A DNA stretch of 64,000 bases from Thermoplasmatales archaeon. Lineage in GTDB: Archaea; Thermoplasmatota; E2; UBA202; JdFR-43. Below the pieces are notes generated by a model that worked only from the letters and a program-made list of their open reading frames with translations, was not told the DNA's origin and searched no databases. Positions 26,359 through 34,644 of the stretch are shown one piece after another (within the stretch, counting starts at the first letter, position 1; each line of letters begins with the position of its first letter). Location of the stretch: contig JACIWB010000002.1 of assembly GCA_014361245.1 (NCBI GenBank), positions 4,297 to 68,296 on the forward strand. The letters are read 5' to 3'. Position numbers and translations under genes: made by a program.

Positions 26359-27525
26359 ATGTACCTCACGCCCGAGCAGGAAAAAATGCTTGATGGTGAA
26401 GAAGGGGAAATTGTCGCCAGGATGCTCCGCCTTCTTGTAAGGCTTGGAGAGGTTTATAAAGCGGAAAAAATGATTGAAGTTTCTTCAGCCCAGATTGCGG
26501 GTGTTTCATATAAATCAATAGAAGATGCTGGTCTCGAATTTCTTGAAGATATAGCAAAAGAAGCAAGGGTTAAAATTTTAACATATTTAAATCCAGCTGG
26601 CATGGATTTAGAAAAGTGGGAGGAAATGGGTATAAGCAAGGAGTTTGCTGAAAAACAGATGGCTATAATAAATGCCTTTAAAAAGATGGGAATTGTAATT
26701 TCTGCAACCTGCACACCATATCTTGCAGGAAATTTACCAAGATATCGCCAGCACATAGCATGGAGCGAGTCATCCGCTGTTTCATTTGCAAACTCGGTTA
26801 TAGGGGCAAGAACAAACCGTGAAGGAGGTCCTTCCGCTCTTGCAGCAGCAATAACAGGTTTAACACCTTATTATGGCTTGCATTTAGATGAAAACAGGGA
26901 GCCAGATTTTATTATAGATGTAAAAGCAAATCTTTTGAACCCCACAGATTTTGCAGCACTGGGCTATCATGTAGGGGAAGAAATCAAGAATAAAATACCA
27001 TATTTCAGGGGAATAAAAGATGCTGATGTAGATGATTTAAAGCAGATGGGGGCGGCGATGGCGGCTGCTGGCGCTGTCGCAATGTATCATGTTGAGGGGA
27101 TTACACCCGAGGCAAATGAATATGAAATTAAGGGGAAGGAGAAAATTGAGGTGGGCAATGAAGATGTGGAAGAAGTTTATTCAAAATTGAGCAATAGCGG
27201 GGATGTGGATATAGTGATTTTCGGCTGCCCACACGCCTCCCTTAATGAAATAATAAAAATTGCAAAATTTTTAGGCAATAGGAAAGCTAAAAGAAATTTC
27301 TGGATATGCACTTCTCGAGCTGTTAAGGAAGTTGCGGAAAGAATGGGTATAAATGAGAAAATTGAGAAAGCTGGCGGAAAGATAATAGCAGATACATGCA
27401 TGGTTGTTTCACCAATTGAAAAAATTTTTGAAAAAACTGGGGTGAATTCTGCAAAAGCGGCCCACTATCTACCAAGTTTTTGCAATCAAAAGGTTCTTTT
27501 TGCGAGAATGGAGGAATTAATATGA
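26359..27525 (+). CDS. aconitase X large (catalytic) subunit, DUF521; phosphomevalonate dehydratase large subunit of the archaeal alternative MVA pathway
   Basis: 388 aa; N-terminal LTPEQEKMLDGEEGE pattern and overall AcnX DUF521 architecture; followed by an overlapping DUF126 small subunit. Confidence 0.65.
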   Translation: MYLTPEQEKMLDGEEGEIVARMLRLLVRLGEVYKAEKMIEVSSAQIAGVSYKSIEDAGLEFLEDIAKEARVKILTYLNPAGMDLEKWEEMGISKEFAEKQMAIINAFKKMGIVISATCTPYLAGNLPRYRQHIAWSESSAVSFANSVIGARTNREGGPSALAAAITGLTPYYGLHLDENREPDFIIDVKANLLNPTDFAALGYHVGEEIKNKIPYFRGIKDADVDDLKQMGAAMAAAGAVAMYHVEGITPEANEYEIKGKEKIEVGNEDVEEVYSKLSNSGDVDIVIFGCPHASLNEIIKIAKFLGNRKAKRNFWICTSRAVKEVAERMGINEKIEKAGGKIIADTCMVVSPIEKIFEKTGVNSAKAAHYLPSFCNQKVLFARMEELI

Positions 27526-27914
27526 AAGGGAGGACAATATACCCGGGGAAAGTGAAGGGTGAGGCAATAGTGAGCAGGGAAGCATTCAGCTTTTATGGAG
27601 GTGTTGATACAAAAAGTGGAATAATAATTGACAAAAATAGCTCTCTATATGGAAAATGTATAAAGGATAAGATATTTGTTTTTCCTTGCGGAAGGGGTTC
27701 AACGGTTGGCTCGTATGTAATTTATGCTCTAAAAAGGAATGGAGTTGCTCCTAAGGCAATAATAAATAAGGAGACGGAAACAATAGTTGCAACTGGGGCA
27801 ATAATTGCTGGCTTAGTATGCGTTGATGGAATTGATATAGATGCCATAGAAGATGGGGATATTGTTATAGTGGATGCAAAAGAAGAAGAAGCGGATGTGA
27901 TAGTGGAAAAATGA
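27522..27914 (+). CDS. aconitase X small (swivel) subunit, DUF126; phosphomevalonate dehydratase small subunit
   Basis: ~130 aa from ATG 27522 (ATGA overlap with large-subunit stop); GKVKGEAIVSREAFSFYGGVD typical of DUF126. Confidence 0.65.
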   Translation: MKGRTIYPGKVKGEAIVSREAFSFYGGVDTKSGIIIDKNSSLYGKCIKDKIFVFPCGRGSTVGSYVIYALKRNGVAPKAIINKETETIVATGAIIAGLVCVDGIDIDAIEDGDIVIVDAKEEEADVIVEK

Positions 27915-28663
27915 TTATCATAAAATTAGGAGGAAGTGTTATAAGTGATAAAGAAAAGCCATTCTCCTTCAATAAAAGAATTGTTGAGCAGATTGCAGAT
28001 GAAATTAAGCCATTTTACCCAGAAAAAAAATTTTTGATTGTGCATGGCGGCGGGAGCTACGGCCATCCTCTGGCTAAAAAATATGGAATAAAGGGTGGAT
28101 GGAGCAAGGAAAAGGCGGCGGGATTTTATAAGACGCATAGGGCAATGATGGAATTGAACATGAAAATAGTTGATATTTTTGTTGAAAAGGAATTGCCATC
28201 CTTTCCTGTTTGCCCTTCCTCAATTTTTATAGTCAAGGAGGGAGAGATTGTTGATGGCTATACAGAGATTATTGAAAAATTGATTGAAAAAGATTTTATT
28301 CCTTTCCTTTATGGAGATGTATCAATTTCAGTTGAAAGGGGAATCGATATTTTATCGGGAGATCAAATAGTGACATATCTTGCAAATAATTTTTCTGCTG
28401 AAAAAGTCATATTTTTGATGGATGTTGACGGAATTTATGATAGAAATCCAAGCGAAGGAGATGCGAAATTAATTGAATTAATTGATGAAAAAATTGAAAT
28501 AAAGGCAAGTAAAGGATTTTTTGATGTTACTGGTGGAATAAAAAATAAGATTGAAGAAGCAATGAAAATTGATTGCGATGTTTATTTCATAAATGGAAAA
28601 ATAAAAGGGAATTTAACAAAAGCGATTAAGGGAGAAAAAGTTGGAACAGTAAAATTTAAATGA
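27911..28663 (+). CDS. ipk: isopentenyl phosphate kinase (amino-acid-kinase fold)
   Basis: 250 aa; IIKLGGSVISDK ... VHGGGSYGH motifs characteristic of IPK. Confidence 0.75.
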   Translation: MIIIKLGGSVISDKEKPFSFNKRIVEQIADEIKPFYPEKKFLIVHGGGSYGHPLAKKYGIKGGWSKEKAAGFYKTHRAMMELNMKIVDIFVEKELPSFPVCPSSIFIVKEGEIVDGYTEIIEKLIEKDFIPFLYGDVSISVERGIDILSGDQIVTYLANNFSAEKVIFLMDVDGIYDRNPSEGDAKLIELIDEKIEIKASKGFFDVTGGIKNKIEEAMKIDCDVYFINGKIKGNLTKAIKGEKVGTVKFK

Positions 28664-28679
28664 TAAAGGATATAACTTT

Positions 28680-29699
28680 ATGGGAAGCGTAAAGGATTTG
28701 AGAATTATTGAAGAAGCAAAAGAAAAGCCTGGGATTGCTGAATTCATATTTTCAGACCGCTATTCAGTTTTTGATTGGGGTGAAATGCCAGATTTAATAG
28801 AAAATAAGGGCAAGTCACTCTGCTTAATTGGAGCATATTTTTTTGAAAAAATGAATAAAAATGGAATAAAAAATCATTATGTTGGAGTTGTTGAGGATGA
28901 AAAAATAAAAAGTATAAAAGAAATTAAAGAAGCAACAAACAGGATGAGAATAAAAATTTTAAGAGTTATTAAGCCAAGAATATGCGGGAAAGAATATGAT
29001 TATTCAGTTTATTCAAAAGAAAAATCAAATTTTCTTATACCTGTTGAAGTAATATACAGAAATTTTATAGCAGAAGGCTCAAGTTTTCTTAAGAGGTTGA
29101 GGGAAGGAAAAATAAATCTTGCTGAATATGGTTTAAAAAAAGTGGAGGCAAATCAAAAGCTTGATCAGCCAATATATGAATTTTCTACAAAGCTTGAAGA
29201 AATTGATAGATATATAAGCAGGGAAGAAGTAAAAAGAATTGCTATGTTAAGCAATGAAGAAATAGAGGAAATTATAGAAATTTCAGAAAAAATAAATGGG
29301 ATGATAAGCAGGGAAGTGGAAAAAACTGGAGCAAGAAATGAAGATGGAAAAATTGAATTCGGTTTTGATGAAGAAAGAAATATTATTGTTGTTGATGTTG
29401 TTGGCACACCAGATGAATGCAGATTTACAATAAATGGCATACCGATAAGCAAGGAAATTGCAAGAATTTATTATAGAAAAACAGAATGGTATAAAGAAAT
29501 AGAGGAAGCAAAGAAAATTGATGCAATAGATTGGAGGCGAAAGGTCACTCAGCCGCCGTTCCTGCCTCCCATACTCAGGGAAAGCATTTCGTCGATTTAT
29601 CAATCTTTATGCAATGAAATAACAGGGAGAAGATTTTTTAAAGTGAAGTCATTTGGAGAGATAATAGCTGAAATTAAGGAGCTTTTAAATGAAGGATAA
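28680..29699 (+). CDS. SAICAR synthetase (PurC)-family protein, unusually long (339 aa), embedded in the isoprenoid operon
   Basis: PurC motifs SDRYSVFDWGE, IPVEVIYRNFIAEGSSF, KIEFGFDEERNIIVVDVVGTPDECRF; ~100 aa longer than prokaryotic PurC. Confidence 0.5.
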   Translation: MGSVKDLRIIEEAKEKPGIAEFIFSDRYSVFDWGEMPDLIENKGKSLCLIGAYFFEKMNKNGIKNHYVGVVEDEKIKSIKEIKEATNRMRIKILRVIKPRICGKEYDYSVYSKEKSNFLIPVEVIYRNFIAEGSSFLKRLREGKINLAEYGLKKVEANQKLDQPIYEFSTKLEEIDRYISREEVKRIAMLSNEEIEEIIEISEKINGMISREVEKTGARNEDGKIEFGFDEERNIIVVDVVGTPDECRFTINGIPISKEIARIYYRKTEWYKEIEEAKKIDAIDWRRKVTQPPFLPPILRESISSIYQSLCNEITGRRFFKVKSFGEIIAEIKELLNEG

Positions 29700-31014
29700 A
29701 AATATAGTTTTGATTATAACATGTTTTTCATCTTTTCTTGTTCCATTTACAAGTTCATCAATTAACATAGCCCTTCCCTCTATAGGAAGAGATTTTGGCG
29801 TTGATTCAATTTTTCTTGGATGGATTACAACATCCTATATACTGGCGACAGCTGTCCTTCTTTTGCCATTTGGCAAAATTGGAGATATTTATGGAAGAAT
29901 TAAAATTTTTTTATACGGGATAATAATTTTTGCAGTTGCATCTTTTCTATCAATGATTTCCTTTTTGCCATATCTTTTTTTAATTTTAAGAATAATTCAT
30001 GCAATAGGAAGTGCAATGATTTTCTCAAATGGAATCGCAATTTTATCTTCATTTTTTAGGGAAGAAAGAGGGAAAGCACTTGGCATAAATGCGTCATTTA
30101 CCTATGCGGGACTTTCAAGCGGCCCATTTATAGGGGGATTTTTAACAAGTTATTTTGGATGGAGAAGCATATTTCTCCTCATGATTTTCATTTGTATTTT
30201 AATAATTTTTTTCCTCAGCAGATTTAAATATGAATTTTCTGGTAATTATGAGAAATTTGATTATTTTGGCTCATTTCTCTCAGGAGCATCTATAATCTCT
30301 ATTATATGCGCCCTTTCAATAATTGATTCAATAAGAGGAATAATAATTGCAATTTTCTCTTTTTTACTTTTTATATTTTTCATTTTTTGGGAGAGCAAGA
30401 TGAAAAATCCATTGATAAACCCTTCAATTTTTGGAAAAAATATTGTATTTGTTTTTTCAAATTTAACGGCATTAATTCATTATACTGCCACAGCATCATT
30501 AACATTTTTTATGAGCCTTTATCTTCAAAATATAAAAAACTATTCAGCGAGCTTTGCTGGATTAGTTCTTGTGTCTCAGCCGATTTTTCAGGCAATTTTT
30601 TCTCCAACTGCTGGAAAATTATCTGATAGAATAGATGCAAAAATAATTGCATCATTGGGTATAGGATTAACTGCTCTTGGCATTTTTTTACTAGCTTTAT
30701 ATATCAGAAATGATCCAGGTTTAATAATAATAGTTGTAATTCTCTCATTAATAGGATTTGGTTTTGCATTTTTTTCTTCTCCAAATACAAATGCAATAAT
30801 GGCAAGTGTTGAAGGAAAAGAATATGGAATTGCATCTGCTACACTTGCTACAATGCGCACGATTGGTCAATCCGCAAGCATGGGAATTGCAATATTGCTC
30901 ACAAAAAATTATTCTTTTGTTGATGCAATGGAAAAAGCATTCATAATTTCAGCGATTTTATGCATCATTGGAATATTCACATCAATTGCAAGAGGTAGAA
31001 ATAATTATAAATAA
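29689..31014 (+). CDS. MFS-family transporter
   Basis: 441 aa, ~12-14 TM helices, MFS motif-A-like GKIGDIYGRIK between TM2 and TM3; 11-nt overlap with upstream gene. Confidence 0.6.
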   Translation: MKDKNIVLIITCFSSFLVPFTSSSINIALPSIGRDFGVDSIFLGWITTSYILATAVLLLPFGKIGDIYGRIKIFLYGIIIFAVASFLSMISFLPYLFLILRIIHAIGSAMIFSNGIAILSSFFREERGKALGINASFTYAGLSSGPFIGGFLTSYFGWRSIFLLMIFICILIIFFLSRFKYEFSGNYEKFDYFGSFLSGASIISIICALSIIDSIRGIIIAIFSFLLFIFFIFWESKMKNPLINPSIFGKNIVFVFSNLTALIHYTATASLTFFMSLYLQNIKNYSASFAGLVLVSQPIFQAIFSPTAGKLSDRIDAKIIASLGIGLTALGIFLLALYIRNDPGLIIIVVILSLIGFGFAFFSSPNTNAIMASVEGKEYGIASATLATMRTIGQSASMGIAILLTKNYSFVDAMEKAFIISAILCIIGIFTSIARGRNNYK

Positions 31015-31034
31015 TTTAAATAATTAATGGGAAG

Positions 31035-32045
31035 ATGAAAAATAGAAAAAAGGAGCACCTTGAAATAGTAATGGAAAAGGATGTCATGCATTCTTATAAC
31101 TATTGGGATGATTTCATGCTGATTCATGATGCATTACCTGAGATAAATATTGATGAAATAGATCTTTCAACAGAAATTTTCGGAAAAAAGCTTTCAATGC
31201 CGATAATAATTGCAGGAATGACGGGTGGCTTCGAGGAGGCGAAGGAAATAAATAGAAAAATAGCGATGGTTGCGGAAAAATTTGGCGTTGGCATGGGCGT
31301 CGGCTCGCAGAGGGCGGGGCTTGAAAACAGGGAAGTTGTTGAAAGCTACAGTGTGGTGAAAAATTATCGTGTGCCTTTGAGAATTGCAAATGTTGGAGCT
31401 CCTCAACTGCTTGAATGGAATAATGTAATAGAGAAAGCGAATGAGGCTATAGAGATGATAGATGCGGATGTGCTTGCAATACATTTGAATTTTTTGCAGG
31501 AAGTTATTCAACCAGAAGGAGATAGAAATGCAAAGGGATGCGTTAGGATGATAAAGGAAGTTTCTTCCTCAGTTGATAAGCCAGTTATTGTTAAGGAAAC
31601 AGGGGCTGGAATAAGCAGGAAGGTTGTTGAGAAATTACTAGATACTGATATAGTTGGAATAGATATTGGAGGGGCTGGAGGAACATCTTTTTCAGCTGTT
31701 GAAAGCTATAGGGCAAAAAAAATCAGAAACAGGATACAGGAGGAGATAGGGAAAATATTCTGGGACTGGGGAATTCCCGCTCCTTATTGCTTGATTGAAA
31801 TAGCGGAGATATGCAAAAATGCTGGAATTGAAATAGTTGCTACTGGAGGAATAAGGCATGGACTTGATGTCGCAAAATCAATAGCACTTGGCGCAGATTG
31901 TGCGGGTGTTGCAAGTGCTATTTTAAAAAGCAAATCAATGGACGAAAAAATGGAAATTTTTAAGAAATCTCTTCTTTTTTCAATGTTTCTTACGGGGTGC
32001 AAAAATATTAAGGAGCTTAGGGAGGTTGAGATATGGACTATTTAG
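31035..32045 (+). CDS. fni: isopentenyl-diphosphate delta-isomerase type 2 (FMN-dependent IDI-2)
   Basis: 336 aa; KKEHLEIV N-terminus, IIAGMTGG, GVGSQRAGLE motifs of IDI-2. Confidence 0.8.
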   Translation: MKNRKKEHLEIVMEKDVMHSYNYWDDFMLIHDALPEINIDEIDLSTEIFGKKLSMPIIIAGMTGGFEEAKEINRKIAMVAEKFGVGMGVGSQRAGLENREVVESYSVVKNYRVPLRIANVGAPQLLEWNNVIEKANEAIEMIDADVLAIHLNFLQEVIQPEGDRNAKGCVRMIKEVSSSVDKPVIVKETGAGISRKVVEKLLDTDIVGIDIGGAGGTSFSAVESYRAKKIRNRIQEEIGKIFWDWGIPAPYCLIEIAEICKNAGIEIVATGGIRHGLDVAKSIALGADCAGVASAILKSKSMDEKMEIFKKSLLFSMFLTGCKNIKELREVEIWTI

Positions 32046-32980
32046 AGGAAATAAGAGATGCTATTGATAAAGGAATAGAAAATTATCTCTATGAAATTGA
32101 GCCAAAAAATTTGTATAATGCGGTAAAGCATCTGCCCTTCGCGGGGGGGAAAAGATTGCGCCCGATAATTGCCTTTATTGCCTGCGAAGCGGTGGGTGGG
32201 GATGGAATGAATACAATTCCTTTTGGAGTTGCTCTTGAACTAATTCATACTTTTACCCTTATACATGATGATATAATGGATAAGGATGAGGAAAGGCGGG
32301 GCAAACCAACCGTTCATAAAATATTTGGAGAAAATACAGCAATTCTTGCGGGGGATGCTCTTTTTGCAAAATCTTTTGAAATAGCAAGCTATATAGAAAA
32401 TGATAAAATTGCAAAGAGAATTTTAAGAAATCTTGCAATTATGGCAAAAGAAATATGCGAGGGACAGGATATGGATATGAGTTTTGAAAAAGAAGAATAT
32501 GTTGATGAAAAAAAATTTCTTAAAATGATTGAAAAGAAAACAGCAAAAATGTTTGAACATGCGGCAATGGGAGGAGCAATCATTGGAATGGCTAAAGAAA
32601 TAGATATAGAAGCATTAAGAAATTATGGTCTAAATCTTGGAATGGCATTTCAGATATGGGATGATTGTCTTGATGTAATTGGGAAAGACATAGGAAAGCC
32701 AGTTGGAAGTGATATAAGGAGGGGTAAGAAAACAATTCTTTATATATATGGATATAAAAAAGATAGGGAAAAATTGCTTAAAAATTATGGGAAGGAAAGC
32801 AATGAAGAAATTAAAAAAGTAATATCATTTTTTGAAGAAGTAGGGGCAATAGATTATGCAAAAAATATGGCTTTTGAATATGCAGAGAAGGCAAAAAAGG
32901 CGATAGAGAAAATTAAGGATAGCGAAGAAAAGAAGAAGTTAATTGAAATTGCTGAATTTGCGGTAAAAAGGGAAAAATGA
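32033..32980 (+). CDS. idsA: geranylgeranyl diphosphate synthase (short-chain trans-prenyltransferase)
   Basis: 315 aa; FARM LIHDDIMD and SARM IWDDCLD aspartate-rich motifs. Confidence 0.8.
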   Translation: MDYLEEIRDAIDKGIENYLYEIEPKNLYNAVKHLPFAGGKRLRPIIAFIACEAVGGDGMNTIPFGVALELIHTFTLIHDDIMDKDEERRGKPTVHKIFGENTAILAGDALFAKSFEIASYIENDKIAKRILRNLAIMAKEICEGQDMDMSFEKEEYVDEKKFLKMIEKKTAKMFEHAAMGGAIIGMAKEIDIEALRNYGLNLGMAFQIWDDCLDVIGKDIGKPVGSDIRRGKKTILYIYGYKKDREKLLKNYGKESNEEIKKVISFFEEVGAIDYAKNMAFEYAEKAKKAIEKIKDSEEKKKLIEIAEFAVKREK

Positions 32981-34644
32981 AGATAGAGGATATTGCAAGA
33001 AAACATGCTTTAATAAATGCATTGAAATTTGGCAAAGCAGATTTAAAAGCAGTTATTGGGAAGGTAATTGCTGAAACTAATGCTGATGCAAAAGAAGTAA
33101 TACCTGTTGTAAGGAGAGTTATTGAGGAAATAAATAAACTTAGTGTTGAAGAAATAAGAGAAGAATGCGAAAAAATTGGCATTGAGGAAATAAAAAAAGA
33201 GAAGGAAGAAAAAAAGCTTCCACCATTGCCATTTGCTAAGAAAGGGGAAGTTATTACCCGCTTTCCGCCAGAGCCAAATGGCTACCTCCATATTGGGCAT
33301 GCGAAGGCAGCTCTTATTGATTATGAGTATGCTAGGATTTATGATGGGATATTTATTCTTCGCTTCGATGACACGAATCCTGTAAATGAAAGGAAGGAAT
33401 TTTATGAAGCTCAGAAAGAAGATTTGAAATGGCTTGGGATAGAATGGGACAAAGAATACAGGACTTCTGATAATTTACCAAAGCACTATGAGTTGATTAA
33501 AAAAATGCTTGATGAGGGGAATGCATATGTATGCACATGCAGTGAAGAAAAAGTGAGGGAAAATAGGGCAAATGGAAGGGAATGTGAATGCAGAAATAAA
33601 AATTTTTCATGGGAAGATTTTAAGTTAATGGAGGAAGGAGAGGCAACTATAAGGTTAAAAGGAGATATGAAATCATTTAATACAGCAATGCGAGACCCAG
33701 TTTTATTCCGCATAATAGAGCATCCCCATCCAATTCATGGAAAAAGATTTAGGATATGGCCTACATATGATTTTTATGGAGCGGTTGAGGATTCTTTATC
33801 AGGAGTTACTCATCCTTTTAGAAGCAAGGAATATGAACTAAGGGATGAGGTATATTTCTACATACTTGATTGCTTGGGTTTAAGAAAGCCATATTTAATG
33901 GAATTTTCACGCCTTGAGATAAAGGGAATGCCTGTTTCAAAAAGAAAGATAAAACCACTGATAGAAAATAAAGTTGTTATGGGGTGGGATGACCCACGCC
34001 TGCCAACTCTTATTGGTTTAAAAAGGCGTGGCATACTGGCAGAGAGCATAAAAGAATTTGTTCTTTCTCAGGGAATATCAAAATCTGAGGCAATGGTTGT
34101 TTTTGAGAACATAGAGGCAATAAATAGAAAAAATTTGGATGCAAAAGCAAAAAGATATTTTTTTGTTCCAGAGCCAGTAAAACTTATTGTTGAAGATGGA
34201 ATTGAAAAAGAAGTTGAGCTGAGAAATCATCCGTCCATCGATATGGGTAAAAGGAAAATATTTGTTGGCAAAGTATTTTATATTCCCAAGGAAGATGTTT
34301 TAAAAATAAAAGAAGGAAATTTAATAAGGCTAAAAGATTTGTATAATGTAAAAATAGAGAAAAAGAATTCATACCTGTATGGGAAATTTGCGGGAGAAAA
34401 TATAATTGAAGGAGTGGAAAAAATACAATGGGTAGGCGAGGATAAGATAGAACTGAAAGTAATTGTTCCCCTTCTGCCATTTAAAAATGATGAATTTGAT
34501 GAAAATAGCTTAAAAATAATTAATGGATATGCAGAAAAAAATGTGGAAAAGATTGAAGATGGAGAAATTGTTCAATTTGAAAGATTTGGATTTGTAAGGA
34601 TTGAAAGGAGAGATGGAATAACTGGCATTTTTTCTCATAAATAA
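32977..34644 (+). CDS. gltX: glutamyl-tRNA synthetase (archaeal non-discriminating type likely)
   Basis: 555 aa; HIGH (PEPNGYLHIGHAKAAL); KMSKS-like VSKRK; size and N-terminal region typical of archaeal GluRS; 4-nt overlap with GGPPS gene. Confidence 0.8.
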   Translation: MKIEDIARKHALINALKFGKADLKAVIGKVIAETNADAKEVIPVVRRVIEEINKLSVEEIREECEKIGIEEIKKEKEEKKLPPLPFAKKGEVITRFPPEPNGYLHIGHAKAALIDYEYARIYDGIFILRFDDTNPVNERKEFYEAQKEDLKWLGIEWDKEYRTSDNLPKHYELIKKMLDEGNAYVCTCSEEKVRENRANGRECECRNKNFSWEDFKLMEEGEATIRLKGDMKSFNTAMRDPVLFRIIEHPHPIHGKRFRIWPTYDFYGAVEDSLSGVTHPFRSKEYELRDEVYFYILDCLGLRKPYLMEFSRLEIKGMPVSKRKIKPLIENKVVMGWDDPRLPTLIGLKRRGILAESIKEFVLSQGISKSEAMVVFENIEAINRKNLDAKAKRYFFVPEPVKLIVEDGIEKEVELRNHPSIDMGKRKIFVGKVFYIPKEDVLKIKEGNLIRLKDLYNVKIEKKNSYLYGKFAGENIIEGVEKIQWVGEDKIELKVIVPLLPFKNDEFDENSLKIINGYAEKNVEKIEDGEIVQFERFGFVRIERRDGITGIFSHK

